A DNA stretch of 64,000 bases, from contig OZ245817.1 in NCBI GenBank assembly GCA_965228475.1, forward strand, positions 3,232,001-3,296,000, in the 5' to 3' direction. The stretch is from Myxococcota bacterium (GTDB lineage Bacteria; Myxococcota_A; UBA9160; JAFDDA01). Below the pieces are notes generated by a model. It was given only the letters and a program-made list of their open reading frames with translations. It was not told where the DNA came from and made no database searches. Each line of letters starts with the position of its first letter. Positions within the stretch are counted from its first letter, which is position 1. Shown piece after piece: positions 47,027 through 57,145 of this stretch. The position numbers and the translations under genes were made by a program.

Positions 47027-48682
47027 GTGGAGAATTCGAGCTGGAACCGCGCACGCGCCGCGCTCCTCGCTGCGGCCCTCCTGCTGTTCCTGCCGAACGT
47101 CGCCTCGCTCGGGCTCTGGGCCCCCGACGAGCCCCGGGCCGCCGCCGTCACGCGCGAGATGTTCGCCATGAAGCACGGCGCCGAGAGCCTCGTCCTCCTG
47201 CGCCTGAACGAAGAGCCGTACACGCAGAAGCCGCCGCTCTACTACTGGATGGCCTCGGCCGTCTCGCTGCTGCCCGGCGAGGTCACCGAGTGGAGCGCGC
47301 GGACGCCTTCGATCCTCGCGGGGCTGGCGACGCTCTGGCTCACCCTCGCCTTCGGCCGACGGCTGTTCGACGCGCCAACCGCGCTCCTCGGCGCCGCGAT
47401 CCTGCTGACGACGTTCTCCTTCGCCGAGCTCTCGCGCCGCGTGCAGTTCGACGTGGTGCTGACCTTCTTCGAGCTCGGCGCCCTGGCCGCGTTCTGGCGC
47501 ATGGACCGCGGCGCGGGCGACCCGAACCGGAACCGGCTGCTCGCCCACGCGAGCATGGGGCTCGCGCTGCTCGTGAAGGGGCCGGTCGGGTTCCTCCTGC
47601 CCGTGCTCTCCTGGGCCGGCTTCCTCTGGGCCGACGGCCGCCTGCGCGAGATCGGGCGGATCTTCTCGCCCGGCGCGCTGCTGCTCTCGCTCGGGCCGAT
47701 CCTCGCCTGGCTCGGCGGCGCGGTCGCCCTGGCCCCGCCGGGTTTCTTCGGCACCGCCGTCGGCGGCGGCGTCGTCTCCCGCTTCTTCGAAGGCACCTCC
47801 CACGCGCGGCCCTTCTACTACTTCCTCTACCAGTTCCCGGTCGAGTTCCTGCCCTGGACCCTGCTCGCTCCGGCCGTGGTGAGCGTCGGCCGGCGGGAGG
47901 TCTTCGGCTCGGACGAATCGAACGGCGACAGGCGCCGGGCCTGGCGCTTCGCCCTGGCCTGCCTGGCCGTGACCTTCGTCTTCTTCAGCCTCTCGGCGGG
48001 CAAGCGCGGGCTCTACGTCCTCCCCTGCTTCCCGGTGCTCGCCCTGCTCTGCGCGGACGCGCTGCGCGGCCTGCTCGCGCGCAGCGGCGCGCCCCCGCGC
48101 TGGCTCGGTGTGACGTTCGGCGCACTCGGGCTGGCGCTCGCGGCGCTCGGCGTGTGGTCGCTCACCCAGGACGACGTGGCGGGAGCGCACGTCCCGCTCG
48201 TCGTCAGCCTCGGGCTCGTCGCGATCCCCGTCGCCGCGGCGGTCGGCTGGCTCCGCGTGGTGCGCCGGAATCGGCCGCTCGCGATCGCCGCCGTACTCGT
48301 CCTCGCCGCCTGGGCCGTGCTCGCCGTCGTCTTCGGACGCCTCTACCCCGCCCTCGACCCGGTGCGCTCGATGAAGCTCGTGGCGGAAGCGGCAAGACGC
48401 CACACCCCGAGCGAGCAACCCCTCGCGCTGCTCGGCTCACGCCCGATGATCGGCGGCCTCTCCTACTACGCCGAGGGCCCGATCCATTGGATCGACGACC
48501 TCGAGGACGTCCCCGCGTACTTCGAAAGTGGCGGCGTCGCGTTGATCACCAAGGCGAGCAAGCTCGAACGCCTTCAGGCGATCGCACCCGTGACCGTTCG
48601 CGAGACCGTGCGCGAAGGCGATCGCGCACTGCTGATCGTTCGGTACACGCCCGACGGCGAAGCCCCCCCAGGGAGGCAATAG
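47027..48682 (+). CDS. ArnT-like GT-C glycosyltransferase
   Basis: PDEPR, KPPLYYW, KGPVG, LPW, K..LYVLP; many TM helices. Confidence 0.88.
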   Translation: MENSSWNRARAALLAAALLLFLPNVASLGLWAPDEPRAAAVTREMFAMKHGAESLVLLRLNEEPYTQKPPLYYWMASAVSLLPGEVTEWSARTPSILAGLATLWLTLAFGRRLFDAPTALLGAAILLTTFSFAELSRRVQFDVVLTFFELGALAAFWRMDRGAGDPNRNRLLAHASMGLALLVKGPVGFLLPVLSWAGFLWADGRLREIGRIFSPGALLLSLGPILAWLGGAVALAPPGFFGTAVGGGVVSRFFEGTSHARPFYYFLYQFPVEFLPWTLLAPAVVSVGRREVFGSDESNGDRRRAWRFALACLAVTFVFFSLSAGKRGLYVLPCFPVLALLCADALRGLLARSGAPPRWLGVTFGALGLALAALGVWSLTQDDVAGAHVPLVVSLGLVAIPVAAAVGWLRVVRRNRPLAIAAVLVLAAWAVLAVVFGRLYPALDPVRSMKLVAEAARRHTPSEQPLALLGSRPMIGGLSYYAEGPIHWIDDLEDVPAYFESGGVALITKASKLERLQAIAPVTVRETVREGDRALLIVRYTPDGEAPPGRQ

Positions 48683-48784
48683 AGCGCCGTTTGAGCTAGT
48701 TTTCCGTTCGTCCCGCGCTCATCCGAAGCTCCGACGGGACAACGCCCAAAGCCCGGCAGTCCGCAGCGAGAGGAGGCAGGAAGC

Positions 48785-50068
48785 ATGTCCAAGACGGCAG
48801 AATTGCGATTCGACGACGAAACGGTCGAACTCCCCATGATCGAGGGGACCGAAGGCGAACGCGCCATCGACATCGGCAAGCTCCGCGGCCAGACGGGCCT
48901 GATCACCCTCGACCCGGGCTACGTCAACACCGGCTCCTGCACGAGCGCGATCACCTTCATCGACGGCGAGAAGGGCATCCTGCGCTACCGCGGATACTCG
49001 ATCGAGGAGCTCTCGGAGAAGAGCACGTTCCTCGAGGTCGCGTACCTGCTCATGTACGGCGAGCTGCCGAAGCGCGAGGAGCTCCACGCCTTCGTCGATT
49101 CCATCCGCCGGCACACCATGCTCCACGAGGACTTCAAGAAGTTCTTCAACGCCCTTCCGAAGGACGCCCATCCGATGGCGGCCTGCGCGGCAGCGGTCGG
49201 CGCGCTCTCGACGTTCTACCCGGACTCTCTCGACCCGGCCGACCCCCAGCAGCTCGAGGTCTCGACCCACCGGCTGATCGCGAAGCTGCCGACGCTGGCG
49301 TCCTACGCCTACAAGCACTCGATCGGTCAGCCCTTCATGTACCCGGACAACCGGCTCTCCTACGTCGGGAACTTCCTGCACATGATGTTCGCGACGCCGT
49401 GCGAGGCCTTCGAGGTCGATCCGGTCGTGCGCAAGGCCATCGACCTTCTGCTGATCCTCCACGCGGACCACGAGCAGAACTGCTCGGCGAGCACCGTGCG
49501 GCTGGTCGGCTCCTCGATGGCGAACCTGTTCGCTTCGATCTCGGCCGGCATCACCGCGCTCTGGGGCCCGCGCCACGGCGGCGCCAACCAGGACGTGATC
49601 GAGATGCTGATCGCGATCCGCGACGAAGGCATCACGGCGAGCGAGTTCGTCGACCGCGCCAAGCAGGGCGACCCCTCGGCGCGGCTGACGGGCTTCGGCC
49701 ACCGCGTCTACAAGAACTACGACCCGCGCGCGAAGGTCATCAAGAAGGCCTGCACGGACGTGCTCGAGAAGCTCGGCATCCACTCGAAGCTGCTCGAGAT
49801 CGGCATGGAGCTCGAGGAGATCGCGCTCAAGGACGACTACTTCGTCGAGCGCAAGCTCTATCCGAACGTCGACTTCTACTCGGGCATCATCTACAACGCG
49901 ATCGGCACGCCGGCGAACATGTTCACGGCGATGTTCGCCATCGGCCGCCTGCCGGGCTGGATCGCCCAGTGGATGGAGATGCACGACGACAAGCACAAGA
50001 TCGGCCGCCCGCGGCAGATCTACGTCGGCGCGAACCAGCGCGACTACGTCGAGCTCGAAGATCGCTAG
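48785..50068 (+). CDS. gltA: Citrate synthase
   Basis: DPGY, LHADHEQNCS, HGGAN, GFGHRVYKNYDPRA, YPNVDFYSG. Confidence 0.97.
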   Translation: MSKTAELRFDDETVELPMIEGTEGERAIDIGKLRGQTGLITLDPGYVNTGSCTSAITFIDGEKGILRYRGYSIEELSEKSTFLEVAYLLMYGELPKREELHAFVDSIRRHTMLHEDFKKFFNALPKDAHPMAACAAAVGALSTFYPDSLDPADPQQLEVSTHRLIAKLPTLASYAYKHSIGQPFMYPDNRLSYVGNFLHMMFATPCEAFEVDPVVRKAIDLLLILHADHEQNCSASTVRLVGSSMANLFASISAGITALWGPRHGGANQDVIEMLIAIRDEGITASEFVDRAKQGDPSARLTGFGHRVYKNYDPRAKVIKKACTDVLEKLGIHSKLLEIGMELEEIALKDDYFVERKLYPNVDFYSGIIYNAIGTPANMFTAMFAIGRLPGWIAQWMEMHDDKHKIGRPRQIYVGANQRDYVELEDR

Positions 50069-50801
50069 CGAGCCGCTCGAGGGCTGCTTCACCACGGCGC
50101 GCTGGACCGGCGCGGGCATCGCGTTCCTCGAGCGCCACGCGGCGCGCGTCGTCCGCGACGCCGCCCGGCTCCGGCTCGCGTGCCCGGAGCCGGAGCGCAT
50201 CGCCGAAGCGCTCGCGCGGGGCGGGGCCGAGACCTTCGGCAGCGAGCCGGGGATCGTGCGGCTCGCCCTCCTTCCGGGCAGCGAACTCGAAGTCCACACC
50301 CGCGCCCTCGGCGAAGACCCGCCCGCCTGGCGGGCCGTCATCGCCCCCTTCACTCACGAGGACGACCCCGCGCCCGGCGGCGCCAAGCTCCAGAGCCGCC
50401 CGCTCTACTCCCGCGCCACCGGCTTCGCCGACGCGGCGGGCGTCGAGGAAGCGATCCTGTTCGACACCGAGGAGCGGCTCGTCGAGGGCGCGCGCACGAC
50501 GCTCGTCTTCGTCGATGCGGACGGCGCCGCATCGCCGCCGGCTGCACGTGGCGGCGTCACGAGCATCGCGCTCGGCGTGCTCGAAGACGAAGACCTCGTC
50601 GCCCGGCGCGACTGCACGCGGGAGGAACTCGAAGGGCTCTCGGAGCTCATCGCCATCAACGCCGTGCGAGGCGCCCGCGCGATCACCGAGCTCGACGGCC
50701 AGCCCGTCGGCGACGGCGGCATCGGGCCGGCGGCGGAGCGGCTCGGCCGGGTGCTCGAGGAGCAGGCCGGGGCCTCCGCCACCGCCCCTTCAACTGCGTG
50801 A
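50061..50801 (+). CDS. Class IV PLP aminotransferase (PabC/D-amino-acid type); start unresolved (ATC 50061 proposed, first canonical start 50256)
   Basis: GCFTT..HAAR N-terminal motif, GAK lysine, LVEGA, GGVT, INAVRG. Confidence 0.7.
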   Translation: MASEPLEGCFTTARWTGAGIAFLERHAARVVRDAARLRLACPEPERIAEALARGGAETFGSEPGIVRLALLPGSELEVHTRALGEDPPAWRAVIAPFTHEDDPAPGGAKLQSRPLYSRATGFADAAGVEEAILFDTEERLVEGARTTLVFVDADGAASPPAARGGVTSIALGVLEDEDLVARRDCTREELEGLSELIAINAVRGARAITELDGQPVGDGGIGPAAERLGRVLEEQAGASATAPSTA

Positions 50802-50911
50802 GATCCTTAGGCTTTCTGACCCACCGTTGCAGCCCCTCGCACCGGCCGCCGGTGGTAGGATGAGGTTGGCCCTGGGATGCGGAGCCAGCGAGAGCTGGGC
50901 CGGAGCCTCCC

Positions 50912-51145
50912 ATGGTTCGATCCCTCCACCGCAACGCATTCACGCTGATCGCCGCCGGAGCGCTGCTGCTCGGAGGCGCGGCCCAGGCCGCGCCGGTCGC
51001 GACGAACATCGTCATGGAGATTCGCATCGGCGACGTCGCCCATTTCTCGTTCTCCGGTGCGGGCACCGTTTCCGTCACCGGAAGTACGGTCTCGATCGGG
51101 CCGGGCGCGATCCTCAGCCTCCGAAGGAGACGAAACGATGCGTAG
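50912..51145 (+). pseudogene. Truncated paralog of the two downstream PEP-CTERM genes
   Basis: Signal peptide plus AQAAPVATNI..FSFSGAGTVSVTGSTVSI, then similarity stops at the RBS of the next gene. Confidence 0.7.
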
Positions 51146-51875
51146 CCTCTTCACGATCCTCGCGTCGAGCCTCATTCTGCTCGGCGGTTCGGCCCAGGCC
51201 GCGCCGGTGGCGGGAAACATCATCGTCACGGTCTCGATCCAGGGCCTTGCGCCGATCTCGTTCTCGGGCGCGGGGGTGGTCTCGGTGAGCGGGAGCACGC
51301 TCTCGATCGCGGCGGGCGCCGTTTCGCTCCCGGCACCCATCGTCGTACCGGTGACGGCGACGACGGCGGTCACGTCGATCACGGCGATGACGGTCAGCAA
51401 CCAGGCCGGGACGTTCTCGGCAGGCGGGGTGACGGCCCAGGCCCCCTCCGAGCTCTGCGGCGCTGGCCCGGCGGCCGGGACCGCCTGCAACACGGGCGGC
51501 GGCATCGGGGGCGTGATGGGGCTCTCGGGCTTCATCAACGTCCACGTGATCCCGAACGTCGTGGTGATCCCCGTGGATCTGAACGCGGCGCTGCTCGGCC
51601 AGGGCGGCGCTACCGCTTCCCCGTTCACGATCGACGCGGCGGTCTTCAGCACGGGGGCCGGCGCCGTGAACACGGGCACGAACGTCCTGACCGCCGCCGG
51701 GAGCGGGGCGCCGATCACCCTGGTCTCACCGACCTTCGTCCTGGCCCTCGGCAACCTGCTCCCGATCTTCACGTCGCTCACGATCTCGGGCCTGCAGCCG
51801 ATCCCGGAGCCGAACGGCCTGCTGCTGATCCTGACGGCGCTCGCCGGAACCCTCGCAGCGACCCGACACCGCTAG
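51138..51875 (+). CDS. PEP-CTERM protein (paralog A)
   Basis: AAGGAG RBS, signal peptide, IPEP-TM-RHR. Confidence 0.88.
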   Translation: MRSLFTILASSLILLGGSAQAAPVAGNIIVTVSIQGLAPISFSGAGVVSVSGSTLSIAAGAVSLPAPIVVPVTATTAVTSITAMTVSNQAGTFSAGGVTAQAPSELCGAGPAAGTACNTGGGIGGVMGLSGFINVHVIPNVVVIPVDLNAALLGQGGATASPFTIDAAVFSTGAGAVNTGTNVLTAAGSGAPITLVSPTFVLALGNLLPIFTSLTISGLQPIPEPNGLLLILTALAGTLAATRHR

Positions 51876-52072
51876 GACGCGGGGTCCGCTCCGGACCGCG
51901 CGTTCCGCGGCGCACACGTTCAGCAGAGGGCCGCCGAGGCGCCACGTACGCCTCGCCTCGGTCCGCCGGGCGCAGGCCGAACGCGCGCCATGATACGGTG
52001 AACGCATCGGAGGGCCGTCTGCGCAGCGACCGCTGCCTGGGAAGGGGGCCACTCCCGACGAAGGAGTGCGAT

Positions 52073-52837
52073 ATGCGTAACCCGTTCATGGATCTGCGTA
52101 CGTTGTGTTCACTGCTGGCCGCGAGTTCTCTTCTCACAGGAGGAATGGCGCAGGCGGCACCCGTCGCGACGAACATCGTCATCACCGTCACGATCCAAGG
52201 CCTCGGACCGATCTCGTTCTCGAGCGCCGGCTCGGTTTCCGTGACCGGGAGCAGCGTCTCGATCGCGGCCGGCGCCGTGTCCCTGCCCGCCCCGGTCGTC
52301 GTTCCCGTCACGGCGACGACGGCGGTAGCGTCGCTCACTGCCATGACGATCAGCAATCAAGCGGGGACGTTCTCGGTCGGTGGCGTCACGGCACAGGCTC
52401 CCACGGAGATCTGTGGCGGCGGGCCGGCCGCGGGGACCGCGTGCAACACCGGGGGCGGAGTCGGCGGCGCCATGGGCGTCTCGGGCACCATCAACGTCCA
52501 CATCATTCCGAACATCACCGTGATCCCCGTCGATCTCAACCTCGCCCTGCTCGGCCAGGGAGGCGCAACGAGCGTGCCGTTCACGATCGACGCCGCGTTG
52601 TTCAGCACGGGCGCGGGGCTGGTGAACACCGGAGCGAACATCGCGAGCACCGCGGGCAGCCCGGGCCCGCTCACCCTGGTCACGCCGACGTTCCTGCAGG
52701 CCCTGGGGAACGTGCTGCCGATCTTCACGTCGATCACGTTCACCAACGTGTCCCTGCCCGTACCGGAGCCGAGCCCCTGGCTCCTCATCGGCGCCGGCGC
52801 CCTGGGCATCGCCTTCTTCGGACTTCGGCGGTCCTAG
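52073..52837 (+). CDS. PEP-CTERM protein (paralog B)
   Basis: AAGGAG RBS, VPEP-TM-RRS; collinear with paralog A. Confidence 0.88.
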   Translation: MRNPFMDLRTLCSLLAASSLLTGGMAQAAPVATNIVITVTIQGLGPISFSSAGSVSVTGSSVSIAAGAVSLPAPVVVPVTATTAVASLTAMTISNQAGTFSVGGVTAQAPTEICGGGPAAGTACNTGGGVGGAMGVSGTINVHIIPNITVIPVDLNLALLGQGGATSVPFTIDAALFSTGAGLVNTGANIASTAGSPGPLTLVTPTFLQALGNVLPIFTSITFTNVSLPVPEPSPWLLIGAGALGIAFFGLRRS

Positions 52838-52861
52838 GTCGGCGAGGCGTCTCGTCGAGTC

Positions 52862-52891
52862 GCTGTCGGGGAGCGCTCGCTCCCCGACAGC
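52862..52891. other. GC-rich 14-bp palindromic hairpin after paralog B
   Basis: GCTGTCGGGGAGCG-CT-CGCTCCCCGACAGC; no U tract. Confidence 0.6.
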
Positions 52892-52928
52892 CTGGACGCC
52901 GGGGCCGCAGTGGTTAGGCTGCTCGCGT

Positions 52929-53840
52929 ATGAGCGAACCCATCGTCCTCTCTGGCGGCACTGGCCTGATCGGCGGAGCGCTGCTGCGGCGGCGTAGCGAG
53001 CGCGGCGAGGGCACGCGCGCGCTCGTGCGGCGGGCGGGGAAGCTCGCGGGCATTCCACACGTCGAAGAAGTCGAGTGGGACGGCGTCCGGCCGCCGGCCG
53101 GTGCGCTCTCGGGCGCGCGGGGCGTGGTCCACCTCTCCGGGGAGCCGGTCTTCGGCGGGATCCCGACGGCCGCGCGGAAGAAGCGGCTCTACGACAGCCG
53201 GATCGATTCCACGAAGGCGCTGGTCGCCGCCATGGCTGCCGAGCCGCCCGAGCAGCGGCCCGCGTTCTTCGTGTGCGCCTCCGCCGTCGGCTACTACGGC
53301 GATCGGGGCGACGAGGTCCTCGACGAAGCGGCGGCGCCCGGCGAAGGGCTCCTGGCCGACCTCTGCGTCGACTGGGAAGCCGCGGCCGCGGAGGCGGAAG
53401 GCCTCGGCGTGCGCGTCTGTTCGGTCCGGATCGGCATCGTGCTCGCCGGCGCGGGCGGCGCCCTCCCCTTGATGGCCCAGCCCTTCCGCTTCGGCCTCGG
53501 CGGAAAGCTCGGGAGCGGCAAGCAGTGGTTCCCGTGGATCCACCAGGACGACGTGGTCGGCATCCTCGAGGGCGCCATCGCCGGCGAGGACTGGCGCGGC
53601 TCGGTGAATGCCGTGGCGCCGGAGTCGGTGCGCAACGAGGAGCTGACGAAGACCCTCGGCCGCGTGCTCGGCCGGCCGACGTTCATGGCGGTGCCGGGCT
53701 TCGCCGTGAAGGCCGCGCTCGGCGAACTCTCGGCGGAGCTGCTCGGGAGCCGGCGGGTCGAGCCGAAGCGGGCGAAGGCCCTCGGCTACGCGTTCGCGGT
53801 GCCCGGCCTCGAAGAGGCCCTTCGCCGCGAACTCGCCTAG
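52929..53840 (+). CDS. TIGR01777/YfcH-family oxidoreductase
   Basis: SGGTGLIG, SRIDST, SAVGYYG, GKLGSGKQW.PWIH. Confidence 0.9.
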   Translation: MSEPIVLSGGTGLIGGALLRRRSERGEGTRALVRRAGKLAGIPHVEEVEWDGVRPPAGALSGARGVVHLSGEPVFGGIPTAARKKRLYDSRIDSTKALVAAMAAEPPEQRPAFFVCASAVGYYGDRGDEVLDEAAAPGEGLLADLCVDWEAAAAEAEGLGVRVCSVRIGIVLAGAGGALPLMAQPFRFGLGGKLGSGKQWFPWIHQDDVVGILEGAIAGEDWRGSVNAVAPESVRNEELTKTLGRVLGRPTFMAVPGFAVKAALGELSAELLGSRRVEPKRAKALGYAFAVPGLEEALRRELA

Positions 53841-54669
53841 CGGCGCCGGCGCCGGAGCAGGCCCGCGCCGGCGAGCCCCGCCATCGCGAACGCCGCCGGC
53901 GACGGCTCGGGCACGAGCTCGAACCCGTAGATCAGCGCAAGCTCCTCCTGCACGACGGTGATCTCGTCGGGCGAGAGCGCGCGCTCGTAGACGAGCACCT
54001 CGGCGAGATCGCCGTGGAAGAAGTAGCTGCTACCGAAGGCGCGGAAGTTCCCGAGGGTCGTGCCGGCGTTCGAGAGCAAGGGTGCGGTGCTCGTATCCGT
54101 CGCCACCTGCTCGCCGTTGTGGAAGATCCCGCGTCCGGCGGCCTGATCGAAGACGAAGCCGTCGAGGGAAGCGATCGGCGCCTCGTCACCGATCTCGACG
54201 ACCGCGTCGAGGTCGTTGCTGAAGTGGGCCTGGCGGAGCCGGCGCGAGCTCTGGTAGCCGAGCACGAGGTTCTGGTGTTCGTCGCCCGGGTCTCGCCCGC
54301 GAGGTAGAAGTTCGCGAGCTCCACGCCCTGGCGCGTGTTCACGACGAAGACGGTGTAGTCCGAGCCGGCGAGAAAGGCGAGGTCGAGCTCGAGGGCATTC
54401 GCGTTGGCGAAGTGCACGCTCGCCCGTCCGCCGAGCAGCGGGTTCGCCGCATCGTAGGTCGGTGCGAGCTCGCCGTAGGCGTTCGCCGGGTCGTGGCGGG
54501 CGTCGATGCCATTCCCGATGCGGTTCGTCCAGACCTCGACGTCCTGCCCTTCCGCGAGGGCGAGGTCCGAGGCGCGGAGCCAGACCGCGAGCCCGTCCGT
54601 GACGGGCACCGCCGCGGCCGGGCCGGCGGCGAGGAAGAATCCGAGGGCGAGCAGGCAGCGCATCCACAT
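53837..54669 (-). pseudogene. LamG-like PEP-CTERM gene split by a 2-bp frameshift
   Basis: The N-half (signal peptide, GLAVWLRA) and the C-half (FHGDLAEVLVYERAL, VPEP-TM-RRRRR) are in different frames; break at 54275-54278. Confidence 0.75.
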
Positions 54670-54957
54670 CGTGGGCTCCGGAGCGTTCGTTCCGCGCCGG
54701 GAAGCCCACGCACGCGGCGCCCCCACGGCGTCGCGGCCACTTCCCAGGGCAGAACCCTTGCCCCCGAGTTACACGCGAATGAGAACACTTGCAATCAAAA
54801 GGAGAGCGATCGTCCCGATCTATCTGCGAAACCGGATCACAAATGCTTGAATTAGTTTGATATTTTATTTTTCTCTTCGGTCGTTTCAGTGAGATCTTTT
54901 GATATCAAAATCACCCCGGCAGCGATCCTGATACGATGCGGGCCTCTGGAGGTCCCG

Positions 54958-55659
54958 ATGTTCCGTCCGCTGCTCGCCGTCCTGCTCCTGCTGCTCGCCA
55001 CCCCCCTCGCCCGCGCCGACAACGGGCGCCTCGAGATCAACCAGGCCTGCGCCACCGGCGCCGGCTGCTTCGCGGGCGACAACCCCGGGCTCCCCGTCTC
55101 GATCTCGACTTCGGGCAGCTACGTCCTGACGAGCGACATCGACCAGCCGACGGCGAACCAGGCGGTCATCGTCGTCAGCGCCGACGCCGTGGATCTCGAC
55201 CTCAACGGCTTCACCGTCGGCTACTGCCTGAATGCGTTTTGCATTCGATCGACGGCCGGTGCGGGAATCAGCGGCTCCGGCGCGGACGACGTGCGCGTCC
55301 GCAACGGCCGGGTCGTGAGCATGGGCTCTCACGGCATCGCCCTCGGCGAGCGCGCCCGTGTGACGGACGTCCATGCGACGAACAACGGCTTCGACGGGAT
55401 CCGCCTCGACGGCGACAGCCTGGTCGATCGCTGCACCGTCGCCAACAACGGCGACAACGGGGTCCACCTCCAGGGCGGAAACAGCATGCTGCTGAACAGC
55501 ATCGTCGTCGACAACGCGGATTGGGGCCTGATCGGCCTGAACATCACCCTCTATCGGGGCAACGTCTTCCGCGGGAACAACGACGGCCTGGAGCAGCAGG
55601 TCAGCCAGGCCAACGACGGCGGCGGGAACTACTGCGGCTCCTCGTCGGCCTGCCCGTGA
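54958..55659 (+). CDS. Secreted right-handed parallel beta-helix protein
   Basis: Signal peptide, GSYVLTSD, LDLNGF, repeated NNGxxGI units. Confidence 0.8.
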   Translation: MFRPLLAVLLLLLATPLARADNGRLEINQACATGAGCFAGDNPGLPVSISTSGSYVLTSDIDQPTANQAVIVVSADAVDLDLNGFTVGYCLNAFCIRSTAGAGISGSGADDVRVRNGRVVSMGSHGIALGERARVTDVHATNNGFDGIRLDGDSLVDRCTVANNGDNGVHLQGGNSMLLNSIVVDNADWGLIGLNITLYRGNVFRGNNDGLEQQVSQANDGGGNYCGSSSACP

Positions 55660-55663
55660 GGCG

Positions 55664-57013
55664 CTAGCGCCCCCGCCGCAGCCGCTGCACGTCGACGAAG
55701 CGCCGCAGGTCGCCCTTCTTGGGCATGGTCCCGTGGGAATCCCAGAAGTCGAGGCGGTTGCCCGTGCCGGTCTGCACGTTGGCGATGGATTCGGAGACGA
55801 CGCGCAGGTCCCGCGGCGCATCGACGCCCTTCCACGCCGGGTACCAATCGCGCGCCTTGATCTCTCCGAGGTCGTCCTCGCTCCAGCGGTGGTTGTGCAG
55901 GATGATCTTCCAGAGGGAGCCGGAGCGGTCCCAGGCGAACGAGTAGAGCGGGCTCATCGTCTGGCGATCGAGCCAGATCTCCTTCTTCTGGTACGGATGC
56001 ATCTCGTCCTTCGGGACCATCTCGATGCGCACCGCGTCGCGGACCTCCCACCGATCGCTCGCGTAGGAGAAGCCGCGCGGGCCGTAGTTGCCCTTCTCCT
56101 CGCCGGGGGCGAGGTACGGGAAGCCGAGCTTCACGGTGTTGGTCGGCGCGAGCACCGGCTGCTCGCCGAGACACTTCCACTTGTACTGCGCGGGCAGGCC
56201 CGAGAAGGAGAAGAGGTCGTCGAAGCTGAAGTCCGTGCCGGCGACGGCGGCGCTCCGCTGGGTTTCGGAGACCTTGCGGATGCGGCGCAGGTCGCGCAGG
56301 TAGACCCAGGTTTCCTCGGGCTTGGCCGTCGCGCGCGGGCCGAGCGATTTGGCGTAGCGGTTGGTCAGCGTGCGCGTGCCTTCGGCCTCCTTGGGCCGAT
56401 CCACCTCGAAGCCGATCACGACGAAGCGCGTCTCGGAGGGAAAGACGTCGCCCTCCGACGCCGCGAACTGCGGCTCGGGGCGGTGCTTCAGGTAGTAGGC
56501 GGAGGTCCGGCCCTGGTAGTCGAGGGGGAGCTGCTCGCCGCGGTCCCAGTAGGTGTACCGGAAGCTCGCCCGGGCCCCGAAGCCCTGCCAGCGGTAGTTG
56601 AAGTTCCAGATGATCTTGGTGCCGGCCTCGGGGTCGTTCTGGCAGTCGATCCCGTCCATCGGGAAGGGCCGGCCGGCGACGTAGCCGTCGAGCGAGCCGT
56701 CGAGGCCGATCCGGGCCTTGCCGGCGTTCGCGCGGGTCGCGGCCTGGTAGACCTCGGCCGGGGAGTAGTCGCGCCGCGCCGGGCCGATCGTCATCTCCAT
56801 GCCGTCGTAGAAGTAGATGTCCCGGTGCGCCCAGAACTCCTTGGGAAGCCACGGCTTGAGCTGCTTCGTCCCGGCGCGGTCGACCTTGGCCCCTTCCGGA
56901 AAGGGGAACTCGGCAGCCGAGGCTCCGAAGGCGAGCCACGCCAGGGAGGCGACGGTCAGAAAACGGGCGGAACGGAGCACGGAGCCGAAGCGCGGGAAAT
57001 GGGGTGCAAGCAT
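55664..57013 (-). CDS. DUF1329-family (LolA-like) periplasmic protein
   Basis: GRPFP, IIWNF, WVYL..LRRIRK, DDLFSFSG, HPY.KK..WLD. Confidence 0.8.
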   Translation of the reverse strand: MLAPHFPRFGSVLRSARFLTVASLAWLAFGASAAEFPFPEGAKVDRAGTKQLKPWLPKEFWAHRDIYFYDGMEMTIGPARRDYSPAEVYQAATRANAGKARIGLDGSLDGYVAGRPFPMDGIDCQNDPEAGTKIIWNFNYRWQGFGARASFRYTYWDRGEQLPLDYQGRTSAYYLKHRPEPQFAASEGDVFPSETRFVVIGFEVDRPKEAEGTRTLTNRYAKSLGPRATAKPEETWVYLRDLRRIRKVSETQRSAAVAGTDFSFDDLFSFSGLPAQYKWKCLGEQPVLAPTNTVKLGFPYLAPGEEKGNYGPRGFSYASDRWEVRDAVRIEMVPKDEMHPYQKKEIWLDRQTMSPLYSFAWDRSGSLWKIILHNHRWSEDDLGEIKARDWYPAWKGVDAPRDLRVVSESIANVQTGTGNRLDFWDSHGTMPKKGDLRRFVDVQRLRRGR

Positions 57014-57145
57014 CAAGGGCTTTCGACGTCCGGTGGGGGCGGCGGGTTTCGCGAGCAGGCGGAGCATACCCCGTGGACGCGGCATCGCCCTCGAAAATTC
57101 AATGGTTCCGGTGGCTTCAGGGCGCCGGCGCGCCCCGCGGGCGCG

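Noticed and set aside
50866..50881. sigma54 site upstream of the PEP-CTERM triplet
   Set aside because: The GG-to-GC spacing is 9 nt, not the required 10
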